From positions 5,683,513 to 5,715,512 of the forward strand of contig LT962688.1 in assembly GCA_900234795.1 (NCBI GenBank): a DNA stretch of 32,000 bases. Direction: 5' to 3'. Positions 18,628 to 27,425 of this stretch are shown here, piece after piece. The notes beneath the pieces are model-generated. The model saw only the letters and a program-made list of their open reading frames with translations, was not told the DNA's origin and did no database searches. Each line of letters begins with the position of its first letter. Position 1 is the stretch's first letter. The stretch is from Methylorubrum extorquens. GTDB taxonomy: Bacteria; Pseudomonadota; Alphaproteobacteria; Rhizobiales; Beijerinckiaceae. Both the position numbers and the translations under genes were made by a program.

Positions 18628-19326
18628 ATGCGCCTGCTCATCATCGAGGACGACCGCGAGGCCGCCGCCTATCTGGTCAAAGCGTTCCGGGAAGCCGGGC
18701 ACGCGGTGGACCATGCGGGCGACGGCCTCGACGGCTATGCGCTCGCCCGCGAGGGCGATTACGACGTGCTGATCGTCGATCGCATGTTGCCGAAGCTCGA
18801 CGGGCTCTCGCTCGTGCGCTCCCTGCGCGAGCAGGCGATCGCCACGCCGGTCCTCATCCTCTCGGCGCTGGGCCAAGTGGATGACCGGGTGAAGGGCCTG
18901 CGGGCCGGGGGCGACGACTATCTCCCGAAACCCTACGCCTTCTCCGAGCTTCTCGCCCGCACCGAGGTGCTGGCCCGCCGCCGCACGGCCGCGACCGGCC
19001 AGAGCGAGGCCACCGCCTACCGGGTCGGCGACCTCGAACTCGACCGGCTCTCGCACCGGGTGACGCGGGCGGGCCGCGAGATCGTGCTCCAACCCCGCGA
19101 GTTCCGGCTGCTCGAATACCTCATGCGCCATGCCGGGCAGGTCGTGACCCGGACGATGCTGCTGGAGCATGTCTGGGACTACCATTTCGATCCGCAGACC
19201 AACGTCATCGACGTGCACGTCTCGCGCCTGCGCGCGAAGATCGACCGCGGCTTCGAGCATCCGATGATCCACACGGTGCGCGGCGCGGGCTACGTCATCC
19301 GTGCGGACGAGCCGCAAGCCTCGTGA
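18628..19326 (+). CDS. OmpR-family two-component response regulator
   Basis: 232-aa ORF. Receiver domain 'MRLLIIEDD...DVLIVDRMLPKLDG...DDYLPKPYAFSEL' plus a winged-helix output domain 'LQPREFRLLEYLMRH...TVRGAGYVI'. Confidence 0.9.
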   Translation: MRLLIIEDDREAAAYLVKAFREAGHAVDHAGDGLDGYALAREGDYDVLIVDRMLPKLDGLSLVRSLREQAIATPVLILSALGQVDDRVKGLRAGGDDYLPKPYAFSELLARTEVLARRRTAATGQSEATAYRVGDLELDRLSHRVTRAGREIVLQPREFRLLEYLMRHAGQVVTRTMLLEHVWDYHFDPQTNVIDVHVSRLRAKIDRGFEHPMIHTVRGAGYVIRADEPQAS

Positions 19327-20756
19327 CCCCCTCCAACGCATCGCCGCCGCCGCCGGACGGCCTCCTCGCGCGCCTCGGAAAGATCTTCCGCACGACCGCG
19401 TTCAAGCTGTCGCTCGCCTATCTCGTGCTGTTCGCGGTGCTGGCTTCGCTCGGGCTCGGCTACGTCGCCTGGAATGCGCGGCGGGTGCTCGACGACCAGA
19501 TCCTCTCGACCATCGATGCCGAGATCAACGGGCTGTCCGAGCAATACACGGCGGGCGGGCTGCGCCGCCTCATCGCCGTGGTGGAACGGCGCGCCAAGGA
19601 GCCCGGCGCCTCGCTCTACCTCGTGACCACGCCCGCGGGCGAGCACATCGTCGGCAACGTCAGCCGGCTGCCGGCCGACATCCTCGCCCGGTCCGGCCAG
19701 TACGAGAGCTATTACGGGCGCGGCTCCGATTCGGGCCCGAGCGAGCATCGCGCGATCATGCGGGTCTTCAACCTCGCCGGAGGCTTCCGCCTCGTCGTCG
19801 GCCGCGACACCGAGGAGCGCGACCACCTGCGCGCGGCGATCGGCAATACCTTCGGCTCCTCGCTCGCTCTCGTCGTGCTGCTCGGCGTGCTCGGCGGCTG
19901 GTTCGTGGCGAGCCGCGTCCTGAAGCGCGTCGACGACATGACCGAGACCACCCGCACCATCATGGCGGGCGATCTCGACGGCCGCCTGCGGGTCGGCGGA
20001 ACCGGGGACGAGCTGGACCGCCTCGCCCAGAACCTCAACCTGATGCTGGAGCGCATCGGCGAACTGATGCGCGGCATGCGGGAAGTCTCCGACAACATCG
20101 CCCACGACCTCAAGACGCCGCTGACCCGATTGCGCAACCGGGCCGACGAGGCCCTGCGCACGGCCGAGACGCCGGAGGCCCTGCGTACGGCGATGGAGGG
20201 CGTGATCGAAGACAGCGACGGGCTGATCCGGGTGTTCAACGCGCTCCTCACCATCGCCCGCCTGGAGGCCGGCAACGCGCCCGAGAGCGTGAGCCGCTTC
20301 GATGCCGGGGCGGTGGCACGGGAGGTGGCCGAACTCTACGAGCCGTTGGCCGAGGACAGGGGCCTGAGCCTGGCCGTCGAGATCGAGCCGAATCTGATTC
20401 TCGACGGCAATCGCGAGTTGGTCGGGCAGGCGATCGCCAACCTTCTCGACAACGCCATCAAGTACGGTGCCCGCTTCCCTGCGTCCGGCCCGCAGGAGAT
20501 CACTGTCAGCGCCGTGCGCGCCGATGGCGTCGTCCAGCTCCGGGTGGCGGATCGCGGCCCCGGCATTCCGGAAGCCGAGCGCGAGCGGGTGCTCGACCGC
20601 TTCGTGCGCCTCGATGCCGCCCGCACACGCCCCGGCTTCGGCCTGGGCCTCAGCCTCGTCGCCGCCGTCGCCCGGCTGCATGGCGGACGCCTCGACCTTG
20701 CCGACAATGCTCCTGGGCTCGCCGTCACCCTGAGCCTGCCGGCCGGCGCGGCCTGA
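19323..20756 (+). CDS. Sensor histidine kinase (two TM segments, HAMP, HisKA, HATPase_c)
   Basis: 477-aa ORF. Its GTG start overlaps the regulator stop (GTGA), implying translational coupling. H-box 'VSDNIAHDLKTPLT', N-box 'LLDNAIKY', G-boxes 'DRGPGIP' and 'GFGLGLS'. Confidence 0.9.
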   Translation: MTPSNASPPPPDGLLARLGKIFRTTAFKLSLAYLVLFAVLASLGLGYVAWNARRVLDDQILSTIDAEINGLSEQYTAGGLRRLIAVVERRAKEPGASLYLVTTPAGEHIVGNVSRLPADILARSGQYESYYGRGSDSGPSEHRAIMRVFNLAGGFRLVVGRDTEERDHLRAAIGNTFGSSLALVVLLGVLGGWFVASRVLKRVDDMTETTRTIMAGDLDGRLRVGGTGDELDRLAQNLNLMLERIGELMRGMREVSDNIAHDLKTPLTRLRNRADEALRTAETPEALRTAMEGVIEDSDGLIRVFNALLTIARLEAGNAPESVSRFDAGAVAREVAELYEPLAEDRGLSLAVEIEPNLILDGNRELVGQAIANLLDNAIKYGARFPASGPQEITVSAVRADGVVQLRVADRGPGIPEAERERVLDRFVRLDAARTRPGFGLGLSLVAAVARLHGGRLDLADNAPGLAVTLSLPAGAA

Positions 20757-20764
20757 AGCGAAAC

Positions 20765-20980
20765 TCAGTTCAGGAAATTGCGCACGCCGTCGGGGTCGGC
20801 GAGCGTCGCCAGTGGGCTACCGGGGAGCGCGAGCACCACCAGCAGGACCGAGAGCGTGACGGTGGCGAGCCCCAGCACCGCTCCGATCCGCTGCGGTTCG
20901 AACCGGCGGCTCGCGATCAGGGCGCAGCCAAGCGTGAAGACGGCGGCTTCGGCGAAGGGAACGAAATTGGTGCTGCTCAT
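20765..20980 (-). CDS. Small hypothetical membrane protein (71 aa, two predicted TM helices)
   Basis: Uses the internal ATG 20980 of track ORF 20765-21418. Very high third-position GC. Hydrophobic segments 'AAVFTLGCALIA' and 'GAVLGLATVTLSVLLVVLAL'. No family recognised. Confidence 0.5.
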   Translation of the reverse strand: MSSTNFVPFAEAAVFTLGCALIASRRFEPQRIGAVLGLATVTLSVLLVVLALPGSPLATLADPDGVRNFLN

Positions 20981-21416
20981 CGATTCGCTTTCGTCCTCGG
21001 TCGCCGTGTCGTCCGCTGGATGTACCGCGAGAGGATGCCGCTCCGGCCCAGCTGGGATCAACTGAAGAAAGCGTGTGTCTGCTCCCGTAAGCCCTTCATG
21101 ACAGGACGGCCGGGCCGCGAAAGAATTCCTTTGAGGCAGGGCGCCGGGGCCGAGGGACGGCTCCGACACGCTGTCTTCGTTCGCGCGATCGTTAGAGCGG
21201 CTTCCAGGGCCATCGCTTCGACCGGTTCGCCCTGACCATCGAGGCGGCGCTGGTCGGGCTCGGCGCGGCGCAACCCGGCCTGACGGGGAGCGGGAAGACG
21301 CGTCGCGCGGTGGAGGTCGCGCGCTTCGGGTGGTATCTGCCTCGCGCGTGTCGCCCGATGATCCATCCGCTCCGCCCCATCCGCACGGCCTCCCACGCTT
21401 GCCGGTCGCCGCGGCC

Positions 21417-22094
21417 ATGAGCGCGTCCCCCCGCCCGCCGGAAACGGCACTCTACGCGCCGGTGAAGGGCTTCCTCGAAACCCTCGGCTTTGCCGTCAAA
21501 GGCGAGATCGGCGGCTGCGACCTCCTGGGCGTGCGCGAGGGCGAGCCACCGGTGCTGGTGGTGTGCGAGCTGAAGCAGAGCTTCAACCTGGAACTCGTGC
21601 TGCAGGCCGTGGACCGCGCTGGCGCCTGCGACGAGGTGTGGCTGGCGGCGCGCCTGTCGGTGCGCGGCAAGGGGCCGGAGGCTGATGCGCGCTTCCGCAA
21701 CCTGTGCCGGCGCCTCGGCTTCGGCCTACTCGGCGTCGGTGCCGACGACGGCGTCCATGTCCTTCTCGGCCCTGGAGCGCCGATGCCCCGGCGCGACCCC
21801 AAGCGGCGCTCGCGCCTTCTGAACGAGCATCGCCGCCGACAGGGCGACCCCGTGGCCGGCGGCGGTTCGCGCGCGCCGGTGATGACCGCCTATCGCCAGC
21901 AGGCCCTCCTCTGCGCCCGCGCCCTGGCGCCCGGGCCGCTGCGCCCGCGCGACCTGACGAGCGCCGTCCCGACGGCTGCCGCCATCCTCCGCCGCAACGT
22001 CTACGGCTGGTTCGAGCGCACCGGCCACGGCGTCTACGCGCTGACGCCGGCCGGGCACGAGGCGATCGGGCGATGGCCTTCGACGCCGCCCTGA
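21417..22094 (+). CDS. DUF2161-like putative PD-(D/E)XK nuclease/phosphodiesterase with a C-terminal winged-helix-like region
   Basis: I place the start at ATG 21417 ('MSASPRPPETALYAPVKGFLE'). 'GGCDLLGV...PVLVVCELKQSFNLELVLQAVDR' fits the D...E-x-K restriction-endonuclease-fold motif. The family name is recalled from annotation practice, not searched. Confidence 0.65.
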   Translation: MSASPRPPETALYAPVKGFLETLGFAVKGEIGGCDLLGVREGEPPVLVVCELKQSFNLELVLQAVDRAGACDEVWLAARLSVRGKGPEADARFRNLCRRLGFGLLGVGADDGVHVLLGPGAPMPRRDPKRRSRLLNEHRRRQGDPVAGGGSRAPVMTAYRQQALLCARALAPGPLRPRDLTSAVPTAAAILRRNVYGWFERTGHGVYALTPAGHEAIGRWPSTPP

Positions 22095-22161
22095 CGCGCG
22101 CCCTCTTGGGCTCGGGGCGTCTCAAGCCAGAACCCGGACGCACGGAACGGAGAGCCTTCGC

Positions 22162-22278
22162 ATGAACGGCTGGATCACCGTCGCCGCCCCCGGCGTCTCG
22201 GCTGCGATCGCGCCGCTCGGGGCGGAACTGTCGTGCCGTCCCGAAATGCCCTTGGCAGAACCCGATTTGCGCGTTTGA
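22162..22278 (+). CDS. Possible 38-aa upstream ORF or gene remnant preceding glnE
   Basis: ATG 22162 has GGAGAG 8 nt upstream. Translation: MNGWITVAAPGVSAAIAPLGAELSCRPEMPLAEPDLRV. Short and absent from the supplied track. See the findings section. Confidence 0.25.
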   Translation: MNGWITVAAPGVSAAIAPLGAELSCRPEMPLAEPDLRV

Positions 22279-22335
22279 TGGGCAGGGCCGCGGCGCGACG
22301 GCGATGCGGACGCTTCGAATCGAAGAAGGGACGGC

Positions 22336-25299
22336 ATGGGCAGGCGACACGACGGGCAGATTGCCCGCGACGACGGCACGGCGCCCCTGATCGCGCGGCT
22401 GGGGCAGACCCCGCCTCTCTCGAGCCCCGAGTCAGCGCAGGCGCGCCTCGATGAGATCGCCGACGCGCTTCCCGACGCCCTGCGCGAGGCCCCGGCCCGC
22501 GACCTCCTCGCGGCGCTTGCCGACCACTCGACCTTCCTGTGGTCGCTCGCCTCGCGCGATCCCGCCCGTCTCGTCCGCCTGTTCGAAGAGGCGCCGGAAG
22601 CGGCCGACGCCCGCATCATTACTGCGCAGCGCGCCGCCGGCCGGGCGGCGGAGGGTGCCGCGCCCGACCTTGATGCGGTCGGCAAGACCCTGCGGCGGAA
22701 CCGGGCCGAGCACGCGCTCCTCGTCGCGCTCGCCGATATCGGCGGCCTCTGGCCGCTGGAGCGGGTGACCGCCGCGCTCTCGGATTTCGCCGACGCCTCG
22801 GTGTCGGCGGCCGTCGATGCGATGCTGCTGCAAGCGGCATCCGCCGGTCGCTTCCTGCCGAAGGATGCGGGTGAGCCGCAGGCCGGCTCGGGCCTCGTCG
22901 TGCTGGGCTTAGGCAAGCTCGGCGGGCGCGAGCTGAACTATTCGAGCGATATCGACGTGATCGTGTTCTTCGATCCGGAGGCCGCGCCGCTGAAGCCGGG
23001 GCTGGAGCCGACGCCGTTCTTCACCAAGCTGGCGCAGGGCGTCTCGAAGCTGCTGCAGGAGCGCACCCGCGACGGCTACGTTCACCGGGTCGATTACCGC
23101 CTGCGGCCCGATCCCGGTTCGACGCCGACCGCGATGAGCCTCGCCTCGGCCTACGTCTATTACGAGACCACGGGCCAGAACTGGGAGCGGGCGGCCTTCA
23201 TCAAGGCCCGCGCCATTGCCGGCGACATCCCGGCGGGCGAGCGGTTCCTGGCTGACCTCACGCCCTTCGTCTGGCGCAAGTATTTCGATTTCGCGGCGAT
23301 TGCCGACGTGCACGCGATGAAGCGGCAGATTCACGCCGTGCGCGGGCACGAGGCGCTGGCAGTGGCCGGCCACGACATCAAGCTCGGACGCGGCGGCATC
23401 CGCGAGATCGAGTTCTTCGTCCAGACCCAGCAACTCGTCTTCGGCGGCCGGCGCCCGATGCTGCGCGGGCGCTCCACCGTGCCGATGCTGGCCAAGCTGC
23501 ACGAGGACGGCTGGATCTCAGCGGAGGCGCGCGATGAACTCGGCGCGGCCTACGCCTTCCTGCGCACGGTCGAGCACCGCCTGCAGATGGTGCGCGACGA
23601 GCAGACCCAACGCCTGCCGACCGACCGGACCGAACTTGAGAATTTCGCCCGGTTCGCGGGCTTTGCCGACCTCGCCGGTTTCGAGGCGGCCCTGCTCGCC
23701 CATGCCCGCCGGGTGCAGGTGCATTACGCGTTGCTGTTCGAGGCCGGGCCCGATCTCTCCTCCGAGGTGGGCGACCTCGTCTTCAGCGGCGCGGCCGACG
23801 ATCCGGCGACGATGTCCACCCTGCGCAGCCTCGGCTTTCGTGATCCGGAACGCGTCACCGATACCGTGCGCGGCTGGCATTTCGGGCGGCGGGCGGCGGT
23901 ACGCAGCCCCCGCGCCCGCGAGGTGCTGACCGAACTGGTCCCGGCCCTGCTCAAGGCGCTCTCGGGTACGCCCGATCCGGATGCGGCCCTGGCCAACCTC
24001 GACCGCGCCTTTGGCCGGATGCCGGCGGCGGTGGAACTGCTGACCATCCTGCGCGAGCACGAGCGCCTGCGACTGCTCTTTGCCGACCTCCTTGGTAGCG
24101 CCCCACGCTTGGCGGGCACCGTCGCCTTCTCGCCGCACGTGCTCGACGCGGTGATCGACCCCGATTTCGGCGACCCGTCGGTCGATGCCGGAGCCATCGC
24201 CGCACATTACCGCGCCCTGCTCGGCCGGCCCGACAGCCACGAGGTGTTTCTCGACCGCAGCCGCGACGCGGCCCGGCAACTCCGCTTCCTCACCGGGGCG
24301 CGGCTCCTTTCCGGCATTCTCACGCCGCAGGCGGCTGGCCGCGCCTTCTCGGCGATCGCCGACGCCGCGGTGGCGACGGCGCTGGACGCCGTGTCGAAAA
24401 CCTTCTTCGCCGATCACGGCCCGATTCCGAACGGCCGCATCGTCGTGCTCGGCTATGGCCGCCTCGGCTCGCACCAACTCACCGCGGAGTCGGACCTCGA
24501 CCTCGTGGTGCTCTACGATTTCGACCCGGAGAACCGCACCAGCACCGGGCCCAAACCCCTCGACGCGGCGGTGGCCTATAATCGCCTGACCCAGCGCCTC
24601 GTCGCAGCGCTCACCGCCCCGACCCGACGCGGCCTGCTCTACGAAGTGGACCTGCGCCTGCGTCCCGGCGGGGGCCAGGGTGCGGTGGCGGCGCAGTTCC
24701 GCAGCTTCCGCACCTACCAGCGCGAAGAGGCGGAACTCTGGGAGCACATGGCGCTGACCCGCGCCCGTGTCATTGCCGGTGACGAAAGCCTCGCCGACGA
24801 GGCGAAAGCGACGATCCGCGATGCGCTGATGCAGCCGCGTGACGCCGACACGGTGAACCGCTCCGTGCGCAACATGCGCGCCACGGTCGAGAACGAGAAG
24901 GGTGATCACGGCCCCCTCGACCTCAAGCTCAGCCCCGGCGGTCTGCTCGACCTCGATTTTCTCGCGCAGGCCCTGGTCCTCGGCCATGCCCACACCCATC
25001 CCGATCTGATCGGCCTTGATGCGCCCGAGGTGTTTTCCCGCGCCGCCGAAGGCGGGATCATCGCAGCGGACGAGGCGGAGCCATTGGCCGACGCCTATCG
25101 GCTCCTCGACGACGTGCACCAATGGCAGCGCCTGATGGTCGAGGGCGACCCGACGCAGGCCTCCGACGTGGCGCTCGCCCGCCTCGCCCGCGCCGCCAAC
25201 CTGCCCGATGCCAAGGCGCTCAGCGCCCGGCTCGACGAGGAACGGCGAACGGTTCGGACGATTTTCGACCGCCGGCTCGGCCAGCCGAGCGGAGGTTAA
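22336..25299 (+). CDS. glnE: Bifunctional glutamine synthetase adenylyltransferase / adenylyl-removing enzyme
   Basis: 987-aa ORF with two nucleotidyltransferase modules ('GKLGGRELNYSSDIDVIVFF' and 'GRLGSHQLTAESDLDLVVLY'), each followed by 'RLRPDPG' or 'RLRPGGG'-type GlnE motifs. Confidence 0.95.
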   Translation: MGRRHDGQIARDDGTAPLIARLGQTPPLSSPESAQARLDEIADALPDALREAPARDLLAALADHSTFLWSLASRDPARLVRLFEEAPEAADARIITAQRAAGRAAEGAAPDLDAVGKTLRRNRAEHALLVALADIGGLWPLERVTAALSDFADASVSAAVDAMLLQAASAGRFLPKDAGEPQAGSGLVVLGLGKLGGRELNYSSDIDVIVFFDPEAAPLKPGLEPTPFFTKLAQGVSKLLQERTRDGYVHRVDYRLRPDPGSTPTAMSLASAYVYYETTGQNWERAAFIKARAIAGDIPAGERFLADLTPFVWRKYFDFAAIADVHAMKRQIHAVRGHEALAVAGHDIKLGRGGIREIEFFVQTQQLVFGGRRPMLRGRSTVPMLAKLHEDGWISAEARDELGAAYAFLRTVEHRLQMVRDEQTQRLPTDRTELENFARFAGFADLAGFEAALLAHARRVQVHYALLFEAGPDLSSEVGDLVFSGAADDPATMSTLRSLGFRDPERVTDTVRGWHFGRRAAVRSPRAREVLTELVPALLKALSGTPDPDAALANLDRAFGRMPAAVELLTILREHERLRLLFADLLGSAPRLAGTVAFSPHVLDAVIDPDFGDPSVDAGAIAAHYRALLGRPDSHEVFLDRSRDAARQLRFLTGARLLSGILTPQAAGRAFSAIADAAVATALDAVSKTFFADHGPIPNGRIVVLGYGRLGSHQLTAESDLDLVVLYDFDPENRTSTGPKPLDAAVAYNRLTQRLVAALTAPTRRGLLYEVDLRLRPGGGQGAVAAQFRSFRTYQREEAELWEHMALTRARVIAGDESLADEAKATIRDALMQPRDADTVNRSVRNMRATVENEKGDHGPLDLKLSPGGLLDLDFLAQALVLGHAHTHPDLIGLDAPEVFSRAAEGGIIAADEAEPLADAYRLLDDVHQWQRLMVEGDPTQASDVALARLARAANLPDAKALSARLDEERRTVRTIFDRRLGQPSGG

Positions 25300-25349
25300 A
25301 GCCGTCCGCGCCTTGCGGGATGAGTCCGTGACCCCTTAATCTCAATGCC

Positions 25350-26243
25350 ATGAAGGTCGTCGCGATCGATTTCGAGACCGCCAACGAGCGGCGCGACAGC
25401 GCCTGCGCGGTCGGGCTTGCCTGGATCGAGGGGGGGCGCGTGGCGCGGCGCGAATCCCGGCTGATCCGCCCGCCGCAGTTGCGGTTCTCGCCCGGCAATA
25501 TCCGCGTTCACGGCATCCTGCCGGCCGACGTGCGCGATGCTCCGACTTTTCCCGAAGTCATCGCCGAGTTCCTGCCCGACCTGTCGGGCGGGTTGATGCT
25601 CGCGCATAATGCCGGCTTCGACATGGGCGTGCTCGCCGCCTCGCTCGCTGCCTGGGGCGAGCCGGTGCCGGACATGGCCGGCCATTGCACCCTCCAGATC
25701 GCCCGGCGCGTGTTCCCCGATCCCGCCGGCCACGGCCTCGCCAAGGTAGCAGGCCGCCTCGGCATCCGCTTCGAGCACCACGATGCGGGCGAGGATGCCT
25801 TTGCCTGCGCCGAGATCGCGCTCGCGGCCCTGCGCGAGACGGGTGCGACCGACATCGCCGACCTCGCCCGCGGCCTCGGGCTCACCCCGATCCGTGCCCT
25901 CACCACGCCGCGCCGGGACATGACACGCTCGACCTCGGCGAAGGCGCTGCGCGCCTCGGGCATTGTCGATCTCCGACCCACGAATGCGCTGCGCTTCGCC
26001 ATGCGCGGCAGCACCGGCAACCGCTACTCGCTCGAATTCGAGGAACGGACGGACGGGCCGTATCTGCGCTGCTCCTGCCCGGCGGGCACCCATCGCCGCC
26101 GCTGCCGCCATGTCGATGCGCTGGTCGAGGGCGACATCACCGAGCTGACATCGAACAATTTCGACGATGTCGAGCGGCTGCGCCAATTGCTCGACGGCAA
26201 GAGCGTCGGACCGTTGCGGATCAAGGGCGTCGCCGCTGCCTGA
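25350..26243 (+). CDS. DEDDh (DnaQ-like) 3'-5' exonuclease fused to a C-terminal SWIM zinc finger
   Basis: 297-aa ORF. ExoI 'AIDFETA', ExoII 'LAHNAGFDMGVL', ExoIII 'HHDAGEDA'. C-terminal 'CSCPAGTHRRRCRH' fits the SWIM pattern CxCx(n)CxH (about nt 26070-26111). Confidence 0.8.
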   Translation: MKVVAIDFETANERRDSACAVGLAWIEGGRVARRESRLIRPPQLRFSPGNIRVHGILPADVRDAPTFPEVIAEFLPDLSGGLMLAHNAGFDMGVLAASLAAWGEPVPDMAGHCTLQIARRVFPDPAGHGLAKVAGRLGIRFEHHDAGEDAFACAEIALAALRETGATDIADLARGLGLTPIRALTTPRRDMTRSTSAKALRASGIVDLRPTNALRFAMRGSTGNRYSLEFEERTDGPYLRCSCPAGTHRRRCRHVDALVEGDITELTSNNFDDVERLRQLLDGKSVGPLRIKGVAAA

Positions 26244-26614
26244 AATGACGGCTTTGCGTGGCTCGTTGAGCGGCATCATGCTGCCGTTCGTGCCTCCTCT
26301 CCCGAGCGGAGGCGGCACGCCGTGGACGCTGGCGGGGAAGCCGCTCCCGAAGCGGGCGACCCTCCTCCTTATCGGAACTGTGAGAGCGCAGAATCGCCCG
26401 TAAGGACGCGGCGGACACGGAGGTGGTACGACTTCTTCGTGCCGCTCGACCTATGACGCCGATCATTGTCGGCGCAATCGGCGCGTGAAATCCTCGCCCG
26501 ATGCGTCCCGGCGGGTGCCGACGCAGACGACCTCGGTCTCGCGGTGCGCCGATTGAACCTTCGACACGATCGATGAGTGCGCGCCGCGCGACCCTCTCAG
26601 CAAGAGGTGTCGCC

Positions 26615-27355
26615 ATGGATCACGATACGATGCGTCGGACGACCGCCGAATTCTTCGGTACGTTCTGGTTGACCTTCGGCGGCTGCGGTGCCGCCGTCCT
26701 CTCCGCGGCCTTTCCTGAACTTGGTATCGGCTTCCTAGGCGTTGCCTTCGCCTTTGGCTTCACCGTGCTGACGATGGCCTATGCCGTCGGCCACATCTCG
26801 GGCGGCCATTTCAATCCGGCGGTCACGCTCGGATTGTGGTCAGCCGGACGCTGCGCGAGCCGGCACGTCCTGCCCTACGTCATCGCCCAGGTCATCGGTG
26901 CAACGGTCGCGGCCTTCGCCCTCTACACCATCGCCTCCGGCAAGGCCGGCTGGGTGCCGAACGGGTTCGCCTCGAACGGCTACGGCGAACTCAGCCCCGG
27001 CAAGTACGGCCTCGCCGCCTGCCTGATCACCGAGGTCCTGACGACGTTCATCTTCCTGTTCATCATCGTCGGCACGACGTCGAAGGGCGCGGCGGCGGGC
27101 TTTGCCGGCATCCCCATCGGGTTTGCCCTCGTGCTCATCCACCTGATCTCGATTCCCGTGACCAACACATCGGTCAACCCGGCGCGCAGCACGGGGCCGG
27201 CCCTGTTTGCAGGGCCGGACTACATCGCGCAGCTCTGGCTGTTCTGGCTCGCGCCGATCGCTGGAGCGATCGCGGCCGGCGTCGTCGGGCGATGGCTCTA
27301 CGAACCCGCCGATATGGTCGAGACAAGGGTGCTCGAGAGGGGCGCCGAAATCTGA
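26615..27355 (+). CDS. aqpZ: Aquaporin Z
   Basis: I place the start at ATG 26615 (or ATG 26630). '[15 protein letters not shown]', first NPA box 'HFNPAVTLG', second NPA box 'SVNPARSTG'. Six transmembrane segments. Confidence 0.95.
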   Translation: MDHDTMRRTTAEFFGTFWLTFGGCGAAVLSAAFPELGIGFLGVAFAFGFTVLTMAYAVGHISGGHFNPAVTLGLWSAGRCASRHVLPYVIAQVIGATVAAFALYTIASGKAGWVPNGFASNGYGELSPGKYGLAACLITEVLTTFIFLFIIVGTTSKGAAAGFAGIPIGFALVLIHLISIPVTNTSVNPARSTGPALFAGPDYIAQLWLFWLAPIAGAIAAGVVGRWLYEPADMVETRVLERGAEI

Positions 27356-27425
27356 CGGCGGCGCACGAATGATGACGAGGCAATCTCGTGCCCCGTCATC
27401 ATGCACCGTCAGGCTACTGCGTTTA

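Noticed and set aside
20885-20905. GGTTCGAACC-type sequences resembling tRNA T-arms, here and at about 14765-14785.
   Set aside because: The flanking bases do not form a 5-bp T-stem or any acceptor or anticodon arm. Both lie inside well-supported coding sequences.
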